From Auanema rhodensis (taxonomy: Eukaryota > Animalia > Nematoda), in contig OZ059897.1 of NCBI GenBank assembly GCA_964057225.1, positions 5,890,001 through 5,954,000 of the forward strand: a stretch of DNA of 64,000 nucleotides, given 5' to 3'. The first letter of the stretch is position 1. The number at the start of each line of letters is the position of its first letter. This document shows positions 1 through 14,405 of the stretch, piece after piece. Under the pieces are notes generated by a model. The model worked only from the letters and a program-made list of their open reading frames with translations, was not told the origin of the DNA and ran no database searches. Position numbers and translations under genes: made by a program.

Positions 1-1440
1 TTTTGAACATATTGTGTCAGATGGTTCATTTTCTATTGTCTGTCTCTATTCAATATAATTGAAAAAGCTGCGAATAATGAACAAGTTTCAGACTGTAAAT
101 AGTTAATGCTTTTAACTATTAACCGTCATCATCAACTTCTAAAAACGACAAATACGTAATAAGCTTGCAGTATATGTAACTAGATCAATTACGGTAACCA
201 GTTGACTAGTTGGTCAAATAAAAAAAAAATAAAAAAAAAGAAAGTAAAAATGTAAATTGGAAACATTGTTATTTGAATCTTTTCCATTATTTCTATTACT
301 TCTTCATCTTCTTTTTCAACTACTTTAACTACAATTTATTTCAATCTTTGTCAAGTTTTTAGATGGAATTGCTCTTAACTACTATCCTTTATATAATTTT
401 TTTCACAATCCTTATATAATAGAATAAACAATTAAGAAATAAAGAATAAAATTTTTTTTTAACTGAGAAAAACTAAAATATTACAAGTTTTAAGAGAAAA
501 GTTTTAAAGAAAGATACATATTGAAAGAGTTAGTAAAACTAGAAATGACCCAACCATGCACATGAAGTAGTTAAAGTAGTGCTTATAGCTTTTGTCATCT
601 ATTTTCTGTATTTACAGAGAAAAATAATATTTGCTTTATCCCAAAAAAAAATTTTTTTTTCAATATTCACTGGCAGAACATCATATATGGGCAATTGAAA
701 TTAAAAAGATTCATAATGGAACAGAGAAAAGCTATTATGATGAAGATACATATACATACATGTACACATACATACATACACATGTACATCTATATATATA
801 TATATATAAATCAATTATTATATGATATAGTTAAATAATATTATATTAACTATATGTATATATATAAATATATTAAAAATAAATAGAGGATAATTGATCT
901 TGAATCTTTAATGACATGACCAACAATATTTCAAGGTGAACGGTAAGACTTGAGAAGATGGGTGTATAGAAAGATGAAAAAGAAGAGGAGAAAAGATGGA
1001 AATGAGAAGAATCCAACAGAGTTCGAATGGAAATACAGACAAAGAAAGAATTGAAATTGAGGTCTTGTATATTACGTGAAAGGAATGAAAACAATATTGT
1101 GAAAGCAATCGGAAAGGTAAGGTTGAAGGTAAGGCAATTATCTATTCATAATTCGATATTTTCATGGAAAATTAGATTATTTCATTGAGCTCTTCAATAA
1201 GGTAAGCAGATGAAATAATTAAAGAAAACGAGAATAAAATGAAATGTATATTCATCTTCTATAATACTATGGTAAAAATGGTAAAATAGTTAGAAGAAAT
1301 GAACATATTTTTTAGAATTGGCTCAATTCATCACATGAAAAACATTAGTAATTCATTTAAGTGAAAATTGAGAAGAGCAAAAGAAGTCTGAATAAGAATG
1401 GACAATTAGATATGTAGTATAGAATGGTTAAGAGGGAAAA

Positions 1441-1442
<2 letters not shown>

Positions 1443-1493
<51 letters not shown>
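1443..1493. repeat. (AG)n microsatellite
   Basis: About 25 perfect AG units. Confidence 0.95.
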
Positions 1494-1497
<4 letters not shown>

Positions 1498-2691
1498 AAG
1501 ATGGATGAAGGCATATCTTGAAGAGAGAAGCAACATAAGAAGATCAAAGCAGAAAAATAGAAACCTCTTTATAGATAGATTGACCATAATGAAAAGCTAT
1601 ATACTATCAACATCCGTATAAGCACAACGGATATTTACATGATGTTGAGTTAAAGCTTAAGCTGCACCTCAAGTATTCTACTGACTTTAAGGATAAACAA
1701 GAGGAAGATGGAACGGAATGACGTGAAGATGAGCAAGTACAACGAGAAATACATCATCATCCACATAGTTATAGTAGGCATATACGTACAATATAACGTC
1801 ATATCATCAAGCTGGATGTGTATGCTCAAGAGATGTAGATAGGTTGACGATTATGTGAAGGATTAGAGCTATGATTGGCTTGCAAGAGCAAAGTCATCAT
1901 CGTTCAGACGACGAAGCCGAGGACAACAATGACGAAGCAAGAAATATAAGGAGTCACTACAAACATATGAAATTGACGATAAAAATGTAAAGAAATAAGA
2001 AAAAATCTTCCGATTTCAGAGAAATAAAGAAGGAAATGAAAAAAAAAGTAATATTACAAAGAGAAGTGTAGAAGGAAGATGAGTCTGGGAGGCCAAAGAA
2101 GGGGTGTCATTTTCTTATTTCAGAAGACATACTACAACGACGACGACATGTAAACTAACAGATGCTTTGAATGATGAACACATTGCTGTCACACATACGG
2201 CAAAGCTTTTGCATGCATACATTTATATTCAAAAGTTTGTTATCTATAGTTCTGTTCAGAATCACTAGGGGATTTCAGATGAAAATCTGACGAGTGTCAG
2301 ATTTAGAAAACATTGAGAGAGACATCACTAGAGAAACATGAGAATAATAAGGCAAAAGACTTATATGTATTTTGAACTTTTCCAAGTTCAATATACACAT
2401 AGTATTGTCATAAAATAATAAATATGTATTATATAGATGTAAACTACATCTTACTATACTTTAAACTATGTTTGATATCTAGACGTATTTCAAATTCGAA
2501 GAAAAACTTCAAATATTCTAAAGAGAATAGGCTTCTCATCCGAAAACTTACCAAATAAATATTTTTTTTCAAAATTTTTATGATAAATTGTTCATTTTTA
2601 ATATGATTTTTATGTTTTTTCTCAATAAATAAACTCACATGGATAACATTAACTTTTTTTTTCTTTTAAGCAAGTAAAGATGCAAACTCAC

Positions 2692-2772
2692 ATTTCTTTC
2701 CGGCATTTCACATCGTTGATCATCAAGACGTTGACTTTGCATTTTTTCCAATAATGTAAGAAAATCATTTGA
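2692..2772 (-). CDS. Internal exon encoding a GoLoco (G-alpha-i/o GDI) motif; Rap1GAP-like gene, presumably continuing left of the window
   Basis: 81-nt phase-0 exon, SNDFLTLLEKMQSQRLDDQRCEMPERN, matching the GoLoco consensus (F/L..LL.+.QS.R.DDQR). Acceptor TTTCAAG after a 45-nt intron; donor GTGAGT. A single N-terminal GoLoco of the EKMQ..R.D.QRC..P form is characteristic of Rap1GAP proteins, but the GAP domain is not in the window. Confidence 0.85.
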
Positions 2773-2817
2773 CTTGAAATAAATATATTTATTAATATAA
2801 ATTATATTTTAAAATAC

Positions 2818-2911
2818 CTTTTCGCCATATTGAACAGCTGTTGTGAACAAACCGTTCTTTCGCATTTTATCCAAATCGTTATATAAATGATCGCCGTTTA
2901 CAGAATTTCGT
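2818..2911 (-). CDS. Common internal exon of the GoLoco/Rap1GAP-like gene
   Basis: TTTCAG acceptor, 94 nt (1 nt + 31 codons: RNSVNGDHLYNDLDKMRKNGLFTTAVQYGEK), donor AAG|GTATTT. Joins in frame to the GoLoco exon and needs a phase-2 upstream exon. Confidence 0.8.
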
Positions 2912-5900
2912 CTGAAATAATAATAAATATAAATAAATAAATATTTAAATTATAAAAACATATACTTATTAAACTATTTACATATATAAGTTATCATAAT
3001 TATATATTAGTTGTTTGTAATAGTTGAATTTGTGAAAAGAGAAGCTAAGCATAGACATGTGTGATTTAAATATTTTAAAACATTAATGAAATATAAATAT
3101 AATAATCAAAAAATCAGAATACTTAACATAAACGTATTGTGATTATTGAAATATTACGTGAACTATTGACGTGAAGAACGTGAACTATTGACGTGATGCA
3201 CGTGGAAGGTTAGATGCATATGAATTTCATTTATAAATGAAAAGATGCAAAGAACGGTTGTACAGTAAGTTTGAATTTAAAATAAATAATTTTAGATTTA
3301 TAATTATTATAGTAAAATATATTCAAAAATGAATAATAAGAAATATAAATGGTTCAAATAACGTTTCTGTTCATTGAAATTTTGATAAAAGTGAATATCT
3401 AACATACATATTATGATGATGCACTTTTAATTAAAATATATAAAGAAATGTTAAATTATAATCAATTTAATATTATTATAGTTAATAATACTTTTATCAA
3501 ATAAACGTTCAAACAATGAAAAGTGTTTAAATAGCGAGGGTGGCGGGTGGATAACTGGTGATTTTCCTATACTAATCTTGGATTATCTATCAAAATTTGT
3601 AAATATATATTGAAAAATAAAAATAGTTAACAGTTATGATTCAATTATATGTGAATTTGATTAGTTTAGATGATAGACCTAAGCATTTGTTCACCAAACA
3701 ATTTGTAATAATGAGAAGATGATGATGATGTGTGGTTTAACCTTCTAAGATATGGCATTCAGGTAGTGGTGATGTGAGTCATAAAGTAATTCTTAAAGTC
3801 TTTAGTTACAACTTTCAAAACCTTTGTAAATCTAAGATAATGTGAAAGAAAGAGAGATAGAGAGAAAGAAAAAGAACGAATGGGGAGGGGGGGGGAAGTA
3901 ACAAGAATGACTAACAATATGGAATAAAGAAAAGCAACTTCATGACTTTACAGATATTTCAAAATATTTCCCTTTTATCTCAACGTAAATTCTCATTTTG
4001 AATGTGAAAATGAAGGAAAATACTTCAAATAATAAAACAAAAACTTTGAAAAATGCTCAAACCCTAGCTGCGAAATTGAAATAGATCCGTAAGCACGCTT
4101 TTTCTTGAATAATGTTGCACATTTGCAATAGGAAATAGGGAGAAAACGGTTTACAAACATGAACATTTTTAGAAAAAAACATGAACATTCAATTGAAGAT
4201 GTGCTCATTGACGATGAAATGAATGTGGGTAATCGAGAGTATTTTAAAAAAAAAAGTTTCAAGAAGTAATAAAAGTACGAAATATTGGATAACATGTTGG
4301 AAAATAAGTTCATTAAAGCTGATTCTTCTTTCTATAACTATTTGTCCACTCTTAGTATTGAAATACAAAATTTGAAAACATATTATGAACAAAAGATAAA
4401 AGTAATTTGATTAAGAATATTATAAACAAAATTATAAAATATTATTTTAATTTTATAGAAAAAAATTTAAAAATCTTTTAAAATACAAATTGTCTTCGAT
4501 TCATTTTTGAAAGTTAAAATATAAATAATCATTAATATCAAGTTATAAATCCCATATGTATTGTCTAGTAAAAGATATTAATGAACAAATTATTTTAAAA
4601 ATAAAATAATTGTTGAAAAAGAAGATGAAAAATGGTTTTATAAATCTCAAATCAAACTTTTCTAGAGAATCTTGAGTCCATATCGTTTATTTTCTAATAA
4701 AAATATGAAATCAATGAAGATTTATATGAAAATTGAAAATAAAAAGAATGTCCCAAGAAATATTATGGAAATTTTTAATTTTATGGTTAAGCTTTTAAAT
4801 ATTTAATAACATTTTATCATTTCTAAAGTTGTTTTTTTCTTTTATTATTTTCAAAAAAGAAATACAGAAAGTACACGAAATACGATAAGTATGAGTGCAT
4901 TAGTAAAGATTTCGAATGAATTTTTTTCAACAAAAAAATTAAAATAAGTTTGTGTATGATAAATCATTTTTTGAAAAAATTATTAGAAGTGGGCAGAGGA
5001 AGTGAACTACATAATCTTCTAGAGGAGATTACGATCTCTGGACATACTAAGACTTTTTTTAGTATTGATGTCCAGAAATAAGAAAGAAAATGATGTAAGT
5101 ACTTGGATTATAGTATTTTAAAATGGAAATAATGACTTATTTTTTGAAGATTTATAGCAAAAAAAAGAAGATTTGAAATTGAAACTCAATGTTGTAATAT
5201 CTGAAGTAAATAATTGATAGATGGAAGATTGAGTGAGAAACATTGACAAGATAAGCAAACGGAACACTGCAAACCTAATGCGAAGAAAGATATATAGAGG
5301 GATAGCTCAAAAGTAAGATAGAGAGAGAGAGAGGGGGGGGGGGGGAGAAGAAAAAACAGGGAAACAGGAAAAGAGAAAGAATTATTAGTTTCATTTATTT
5401 TTTGAATTAATGGTTGGCATGAAATAAAATAAAATTGTATTATTATTTTAAAATATCCCTCACATTCCAATTTACTCAATAAACTGTTTTAAATTCACAT
5501 TTATCAAAAAAACTTATTTTGAATCGTTTTGGCAGCTATTGAAATCAAAATGATTATTTTAAATAAAAAAATAAATATAGAGTATATGTATATAGTAAAA
5601 CTGTTTCTACAATTGGAAGAGAAAAACTTATTTTTTTGGAAAAAAAAAAGGAAAACATTCGCATTATTATTTGGAAAAATCGGCACAGTCCTTAAGTGAA
5701 TATAGTATGCTCTCATCTATTTTAATATTAACTGAAAGAGAAAGAGATAGATAGATAGAGAGAGAGAGAGAGGGAGACAGAGGGAAAGGAGAGGTGGGGG
5801 TAGGGGGAAGACATGAAGTATTTGTAGGTGAAAATTGATAAATGTACGAAAAGTCTATTTCTGAGAAAATAATAAGTAAAAGATAATTTTTCATATTATT

Positions 5901-8414
5901 TAAAATATAAACTAGTAATAGATTGATATGAAGATTTGACTAAAAAAACAAAATACAATGAGAGGGTATATGACATGGAGTTGAATCTTTAGTTGTAAGC
6001 TATGGTAGTATAGTATGTGGATAAATTCAATTTTTGACATTGAAATTCAAGAAAATACATTAATGAGGAAGGAAAAATAGAATATAATGAGTATAGATAG
6101 CTACTAAATGATTGACAAATTGAACAATCTCTGCTTAAGTGCTGGAATAAGGATGGAATAGCCCGGAAAAGGTTACGAGTTCCGTGGATATTTCAGATGA
6201 TATATCGCAATATCTTTAGGATGAACAGTCAATTATTTCAGAAAATAGAAGAGATGAAAGAATAAAAGCTTATTGAACTATGAATAAACCCATTAGTAGA
6301 AAAGAATGAACTGAAAAAAAAGAAACAGTTAAAGGGAAATAAGAGAGAGAGAGAGAGAGGTGAGAGAGAAAGAGAGATAAAGATTGGAAAATTAAGATTG
6401 AATTGAGACTGGGAAATGAAAGTAGCTTGACAGAAATATTTTTTTTAAAACAACGATGTGGTCGTTAAAGAAAATAAAAAGAAATGATTAGCAAGATGAG
6501 CAAAAGACATTACGAGTAGAAAATTATTGGAAACAAATGAACAAAGAGCAATAGGTTCATTTGGAGCATGAAGCTCATGAATAAACAACAAGACATATCT
6601 GGACCACTAAATTAGCTACTTAATTCGTAGCCATCATCCTCATAATTCTCACATTATATTCAATAAGAAGATCTTTCGTTCTTCTCTTTCTCTCTTTCTT
6701 TTTTTCTTTTCCACGAAAAAAATTAAAAAACGAGATGCTACTCGTCTATTATGAACTACTTTGCAAAAAAAAAAGTTTTTTCTCTCGTTCTGCTAATCTA
6801 AGCTCAGTATACTTTATACCAGATATGATTGCACAAATAGAAATTGAGAATAGAATCATCAATATGTATTGGAATAAAAAGAATAAAATAGAGAATAGGT
6901 CCAGATGTCCCTACGGCGAACTTCCCGTTATTGTTTCTTTTTGCAATTTTCAAAAAAAAAAAGAGAATTAAACCCCTGAAAGAAGTGAGAGAAGTAATTC
7001 AAAGAATACACATTGATTATAGTTTTTCAGTTGTTTTCAATAGAAAACGGATAGATAGTACGCGTTTCTCTTGATGGTTGAGCTTCATGCAAATTGTTGC
7101 TGGCCAGTAGTCCGATAAAAGACAAGAAATGATTAAAATAGAAAAGCAAATGAGATAAAGATTAGAGAAAAACGCCAAATTAAATATATTTATTGCATTT
7201 GTGTTGTGGCAGAGAAAACAGAACAGTGCCTACAAACCAAAATTCGAGATTAATGTAGCTGTGTAAGGACTGATGGACGAACGGATTGAAAGTTGATGTA
7301 TTCACATTAGGACAAAGCCAAAATCTATGATAATTACATCAAAAACTGGATAAAAATAGAAAATAAAAGAAATAATATAGGCTTATAGTATGGATTTGTT
7401 CATTTTTTTTGTTATATAGTATATGAAAGAATATGAAGAAAGTGTATTTGAATCATATATTCAAGAAAATCCTCAATAGAACTAAACATATCGAATGAAA
7501 TAGTGAGATCTTGTTTGAGTTAAGGTGGGAAAGATAAGCGACAGGTGTTATAATATTAATTAGTTAGGGTTTAGATAGCCTAAGAAGCATAGAGAGATAA
7601 AGGGGAGTCAGGTGAGATAGTTTGTGAGGATATATCGCTGAGATATGATTGAAGTTGCAAATATGCTTCTAAGAATCCATAAGAGTTTTCAATCTTATTT
7701 AATGTTTAAGCTTAATAGGTTAGTTGTTTGAAAAAAACAGCATGAAGTGTTAAAAAAGAAAGAGTATGAGAGAGAGGGAGGGAAAGAGAGTGAAAGAGAA
7801 AAAGCAAGGAAGAAAAAGTAAGGAAGAAAAGTAGAAAGTAGCAGAAATTGAAGGAGAGAGAGAGAGAGAGTGAGTGATTGTTTTGAAATAAATAATTTTT
7901 TATTTTATTTTTCTTATTAAAATAACCATAAATAGTCATTGTTTTTGATATAGTATTATGTGTTTCTATATAGTCTAGTAGCTTTAATAGATCATATCCA
8001 CTGAATCAACTTATCAAATCAAAAACTAAGAAATTTCCGGCTCATCAGACGACATACTAAGAGGTTTCTCCTAACAAATCGAAAAACATATGCATCATTT
8101 CTATATAATTTACTTAAGATCCTACGATTAATCTAGAATTCATCAGGAAATGAAATTCTGGAAAAATAAATCTCTCGTGCTTGATTACCGATCAGCAGCG
8201 TAATCCCTCTGATTTAAAGAAAAAAGTAAATTTGATTCTTAAGAGAGATTATGAGTAATCATGGCAAGCATGTTTAATCGAGAGCTTAATTGAAGGTAAA
8301 ATCAAAATAGCATGCACATTTGAGAATTGATTCTGTTTTCTGATGAATATACATCTAATTATCAGAATTATATTAAACAATACTATATAATAAAAGGAAT
8401 TCTATTCACATTAC

Positions 8415-8638
8415 CTTAAAAGACGTCTAGCTGTATTCATTCTACTTATTATATCCATTGGTGAACGAAGTTGCGATCGACTTTGACGACGATTTGGTTG
8501 TCGTACAAACAGTTCAGAGATCTTTTTCTTCTGTTTTTCAATAGGACTTACAGAAGCTTTCCCTGATGGGTATTGTTCAGCACAATTTGGTGGAAAGACT
8601 GATGTTGCCAAAGTACGATACATCATAATACTATCCAT
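8415..8638 (-). CDS. Alternative first coding exon A of the GoLoco/Rap1GAP-like gene
   Basis: MDSIMMYRTLATSVFPPNCAEQYPSGKASVSPIEKQKKKISELFVRQPNRRQSRSQLRSPMDIISRMNTARRLL, then AG|GTAATG (phase 2), in frame with exon 2818-2911. GC boxes lie upstream. Confidence 0.7.
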
Positions 8639-8940
8639 TGAAATAAAATTTTATTCCGAAGAATAAACGAAGTAAGAATATTAGATTTTGAATTTAAGAC
8701 AAATATTTCAGTTATATAGTTAAATGAATAAATCACGTGGAATAACTTGTAGAAGTTGTTTCTTCGAATTTCTTTTTCACTAGCGAAGAAGAGAAGAAGG
8801 TAATACAAGAAATAGAGATAGCTGACTTGTATTATTGCGCATTCAATATCCACGTGAAGGAAATTCCACGTAAAAATTTGACGAATTCGGGTATTCTAAT
8901 TATTTTGTCGAATACTGCAGAAATTGTTTTTAAACTGCTA

Positions 8941-9040
8941 GATATATAATGGAAGAGAAAAAGCTCAGGAGTCTGATGAAAGTTCTCGTAGGCGTGGTTA
9001 CCATCACCACCCCCCCCCCTCCTTCGTATATGCCCGCCCC
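8941..9040 (-). promoter_or_regulatory. Putative promoter of first exon A (GC/CACCC boxes and a TATA-like element)
   Basis: GGGGCGGG on minus (9033-9040), a C-run with CACCC at about 9005-9019, GGCGTGG at 8991-8997 and TATATAT at 8942-8948, about 300 nt upstream of the ATG. Confidence 0.45.
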
Positions 9041-12000
9041 ATTGTGACTGTGCCCCGAGACAGCATTATAGAAAAGTATCTTTGTCATAAAAGAGAAGTA
9101 ACTAAATGATAAAAGAAAAAAGATAAAACAACCATTCTGTATGAGAAATTTTCAAAAAATGAAATGATAATACACGTACGTACGTAAACATTTTGTGTTG
9201 TTCATTTGGAAAAAACGTGAACTTTTAAACAAATTATATTGATTATATATAATAAAAATAATCAAATAATAAATAATTTAAATAAATAAATAAATATAAT
9301 AAAATAAATGAAACTTTAATATAAATTTTATATTGTTTGAATTGTATATCAATTCTCGAAAACAGGTTTTTATCTTAAAACAATGATAAACACTTATTTT
9401 CGTAAAATATTTGTAAACTTTAAAGTTTGAATTAGTGATAGTTTCTGTTTGAATTCAAAGTTTTAACTCGTGTAAAAGCATTTTGGCTTCTTCTACTTAA
9501 GCTCTACTTAAGAGAATGCCGTAATGATTGTTCACGGTCAGTCATTATTGCTTTTCTTTATCAACGACTATCATTATCAACATATTAGCTTTAGATGTTT
9601 CTCGTCGAACAAATAGCCTAATGATCATGTGCTGTATTCGCCTACAAGACTAACTGACTAAGATGATTTAGCGAATAAGTTTGTCATCTTTAAACAATTC
9701 TTTATATACTTTCTGAGCCAAAGCGTTAAAAGAAATAAAAAACGTGGAAATAAACATTTTCCAAATGAGATTACGAAAGAACGTTTCACACAGACAATAA
9801 GAGATGAAGAGAAGAAGATGGAGGGAATTAAGTGAAGATGAAGAAGAATTAGAAAGGAAAGATCAATTTTTCTTCTTGTAGGTATACATAAGATTGAAAA
9901 GTAGTTGAGGCTTTGTGTCTATGCAGTTCAATATTATCACCCAAAGCATAGTTAGTCATTAAGGTTTATTTAGAAAAGAAAAGACAAAACAGATGAAGTA
10001 CTGTTTAACCCTGTCAGACATTTTTTTTAATTGCAGTAGGAATTATATGTGATTGTTAATACTAGGTAATGAAAAATTTTCATCTGATCTGGAAACTTGT
10101 CACGTTTGTTTAAACTTCTCAAAGCAGCTCTAAGATGATAGACAAAATAAGCTGAGGGAAATGAATCTTTCAGAATGAAGTAGGAAAAGAAAGATAATCT
10201 ATGCTCTTTATCAACAAAAAAAAAACTTAAATCATCTAATAGTTAAAGAAGGATTATCATATATTGGTCATTAACTTTACTTTTGAAAAGAGCTTAAAAA
10301 ACTACAAACCTAAAGCTTAAACAGAGAAAGATAGAGTTAAAAGAGCAATGAATAGAAAGAATGAAATCAAGATTACTGGATTGTTTATTACTCAATCAAC
10401 GAATATATGGATAATCAATACCATATAATAAAAGAAAATAAATAGAAAAATGATAAGAATGTTGAATGATTAGAGAAAAAGTTGTTGTTGTTTCTTTGAA
10501 GCTCAACTATTCAATATAAAAAATTAATCAGCACATACACTATTTGTAGTATTTCCTTTTCAATAACTATTTTCTAATTTATTTCTTATAAAACAACTTT
10601 TTTTTCATAGTTTATCATCAACTATATGACATTCTGAAACATGTTATATGATTCTAAGTTCAATATGCTTATCGTAGAAGATCATTACTCAGAATTACAA
10701 TCTTCATGAGTCATGAATAAAGCGGAAAATCAATTCATATTGACATAATGAATGAATCATATACAACATTACCTCAGATCATCATAGTTATCGGTTAACT
10801 ATCACACTTCTCTTTCTCTCTATCTCTTCCTCTTTTCATATTATTTACTGTTTTACTGTCATCATCATCGGCTTTTCTTTTGTGTATGCGATCATTTTTT
10901 CTTCGTTTCGTTCATATCTCATGATAAAGCATATCTTCGTTCTTTAGTTTCAAAATAAATTGATGAATCAGTGAGTGAAAGGTATAGGATGACAATGATT
11001 TTTAGTGAATTACGTGAGGAAGTGTGATAGCTTCTGGTTCTTCTTTCTCTCAGACATTATGCACTAACTATTCAAATTATATATTTAACTATAGAGTATA
11101 GGGAAAAATCAAAATCTATACAACTCAAACTTCTTACTATTCAGTAGAGAAAAAAAAAGTTTTGTTTGAAGAGATTAAAACAGAGATTTTGCTTCATTTA
11201 TATCAAGAAAATACCTATCATTAAGCTGTTTGGGGGTGAGAGATAAATAGAAATTTCTAATTTTTTTTCTGATTAAACTAAATTGTTCTTGTATCACTTA
11301 AACAGCTTCAAACACATTGTGAAAATCGTTTTTTTGTGTTTAAATTTCAAAGTTTTTTTATGTTTTAAACAAGAGCTTCTTGAACTTCAAAATGGGAGCA
11401 GGTGATTGAATCAGATAATCATCATTGACAGAGAGCAATATAGTGAAAGAGCTCGTTCAAACGACGAAGATATTGCAAACAAATACAACGGACTACCGAT
11501 AGATGAATCTGAACTGAGAAGAAAAAGACTGCTACTCCTCAAGTCGAATGACAATGTTCTATTGAAGTTCACTACTTTCAGTTTTATCTTGAAAAATCAA
11601 ATAAAGAGTTGAGATCTACAGATATGAACGTATGTTCCATGATATTCAGATTATCCGATCATAAACGAAAAGTATATCTCAGTCTTTAATCTTAAAAAGA
11701 AACTTTAAATATACTTTAATACTCTATATGATTGTAATTAAAAAATAAAAATAATTATTAAAATCTGTTCTCTAATATCCAAATATTTTCTTTTTAAGTT
11801 TATTAGAAAACCTTTTTCATAATTTCTTAAATTACTAAATTAAACAATTTGTTTATAAAAAAATTTTTCACAAGATAATTCTGATTGTTTTATTAGAAAA
11901 ATCTTGAATGAATTATGACTATGTAACGAGAAAAGAAAAATGAAATCAAATTAACAGATTGTCATAAAACATGTTTGACATCTCTTTTGATTATTTTATT

Positions 12001-12567
12001 ATTTTTGAGAATTATATTAATAGATAGATAGATAGATAAATATACAGAAATGAAAGTTAATTTATATAGAAATGTGATTAGAATGATGTGTTGAAGACGA
12101 TAAAGAAGATTGTAATAACATTGCACTTAGTTGATTAAGTGAGATCAGACAATACAGACATTTCTCAAATATATTTTTTTATTTTCAAATATTATTATTT
12201 ATAAATTATAAAAATTAAAAAAAATATATTTGAAAAAGCATTTAGAGAAGCAGTACACATACATACACATTGACACTGATGTTTTACACACAACTCACTT
12301 AAAGCTTTTTAGACGAAGGGGATAATCACATCTGTAATAGTTGGAAATAAATGTCACTTATAAGCACCATATATAGTTAAAGAAAGATCAATTTATTATT
12401 ATTTAATAATAAAATTAATCTTATATTATTCTTAATGAATATATATTAAAAGTAATAAGCTATAAGAACAAATAACAATATAGATTGAAGAGTTAAAATT
12501 ATATTTTTAATGAAGAAATTCATGAAAATATAATGAAAAAGCAAAGAAAATTTGAAGGAAAACTAAC

Positions 12568-12665
12568 TTGTCATCAGGTAAAGGATCCATTTCCACATGT
12601 GATGCTCCAGAACAGGAACATATTCCATAGAAGAATGAGTCCTTAAAGGACCACATCCAATCCAT
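12568..12665 (-). CDS. Alternative first coding exon B of the GoLoco/Rap1GAP-like gene
   Basis: A TTTAG acceptor-like site sits just upstream. MDWMWSFKDSFFYGICSCSGASHVEMDPLPDD, then AA|GTTAGT (phase 2, 98 nt), in frame with exon 2818-2911. Confidence 0.65.
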
Positions 12666-12787
12666 CCAATTGAAAAAGTTACCTAAAGAAACCAATTTGA
12701 ATGAATTCATATAAATAAATAAATATAAATATTTTAAGAAATATAGATAACAAGACATGAAAATTAAGGGATTAAATCAAAATAAGT

Positions 12788-12823
<36 letters not shown>

Positions 12824-13411
12824 GTGGACCATAAGTATGTGACCATCACGTATAACGTATACAGTGTTTGTTCAGACATTAAAGTATATTATAAATCAAA
12901 TTTACTGGTAAAATAGATAGAAATGAGATTGAAGATTAATTATAAATATATCTATCCATATATGCATAATATAAATATTTTCAGTTTAAAATAAATAATT
13001 GAATTTGTTGTAAATGAGGAAAAGCTCAAAAAAAAGTGAAGAATTGAAAAATTTCAACAAACATGTCAATATAAATACAATAAAATAGAAAAATCGTTTG
13101 ATTTTTGAAAATAATAATGAATAATAGATGATAGAAATATCTTTATAGATGAGTAATAATCAATATAGTGAAGTAAGGAGCATTCACCACTAATGTATCA
13201 TCAGAGTCAGGTCAGAGAGTCATATCATTTAATCAGTAGCTAATAGAATAATTAAAGAAAGAGTCATAAAAACATAAAATTAGGAAAATTCAACGATAGA
13301 GTGTTAATCTAGGAAGATAAGGAGAAAAGTGTTAATTCCTATTATCAATTTCTATATGCTTGAATAAGCTGAAGATGAAATCAGGATCGATTGAAATGAT
13401 TGAAAATAAAG

Positions 13412-13460
<49 letters not shown>

Positions 13461-14370
13461 GAGAAAGAGAGAGAGAAATAATTTTGTGAAGCATCATAAT
13501 TCGAAATATGCAATATGGAAAAGGATATGATAAACATGATCATCATGATCATGAACAAGATATTGCCTTATAAGCAATAAAATTTTTAGATTTTATAGAA
13601 AATAGTGAAAAGCGCTAGAAAACTCTTCTTTTTTTCATTTTTTTTTCATTTTAACAAGTGATAAGCAATTTGATTTGATGAAGAAAAGGGGTGGCGTGAA
13701 AGAAACATATATATGGGATAGAAGAGTATCAAGCAATTTATCAACATTAACGTTGTATAGGTTTTAAGAGGAAAAAGCCTTGCAAGAAGAAAGTATGTAA
13801 TAGATTTTGGTAGATTGTTCCACTTCAGAAGTATTGAAATTGAAAAGAACAGGAAAATAGCCTTAAAATGGTAATGAATTAACGATAAGATTGTGAAAAG
13901 AACATTTGATATATTAGGTTGAAATGAGAAAAAAAAAGAGAAATGACCAGAAAGTATTATGTGCATGTTGTGATATGTATACGAATTGCCGTAAAACAAC
14001 GTCATAGAGCTATCGGTATTCTGAGACATTAGGATCATAAATATCTGAAAGCTAGTATGATATAAACTGAAACCGGAAAAAGAAACAGATTAAACAAGAT
14101 TAAGTACTTGGGAGGTTCTTCAAATGAGCCGAATACGGAAAACCTTTCGTATGATTTAATGAATTTCTAAAAATAATGTTTTAGAACACAAGATAGAATG
14201 GATGAGAGTTAATACATATTACATGTAGCTATCATCCTCTCTGCTCGTTTTCATAGTTAAGTTCAGAAGTCAGAAACTATTTTTAGAGAAAGTTAAAGGA
14301 AATCTATTGTTAACTATATGTATAATATGCTAATTTATATTAAATAATAATAATATTTTATAATAAACTT

Positions 14371-14405
<35 letters not shown>

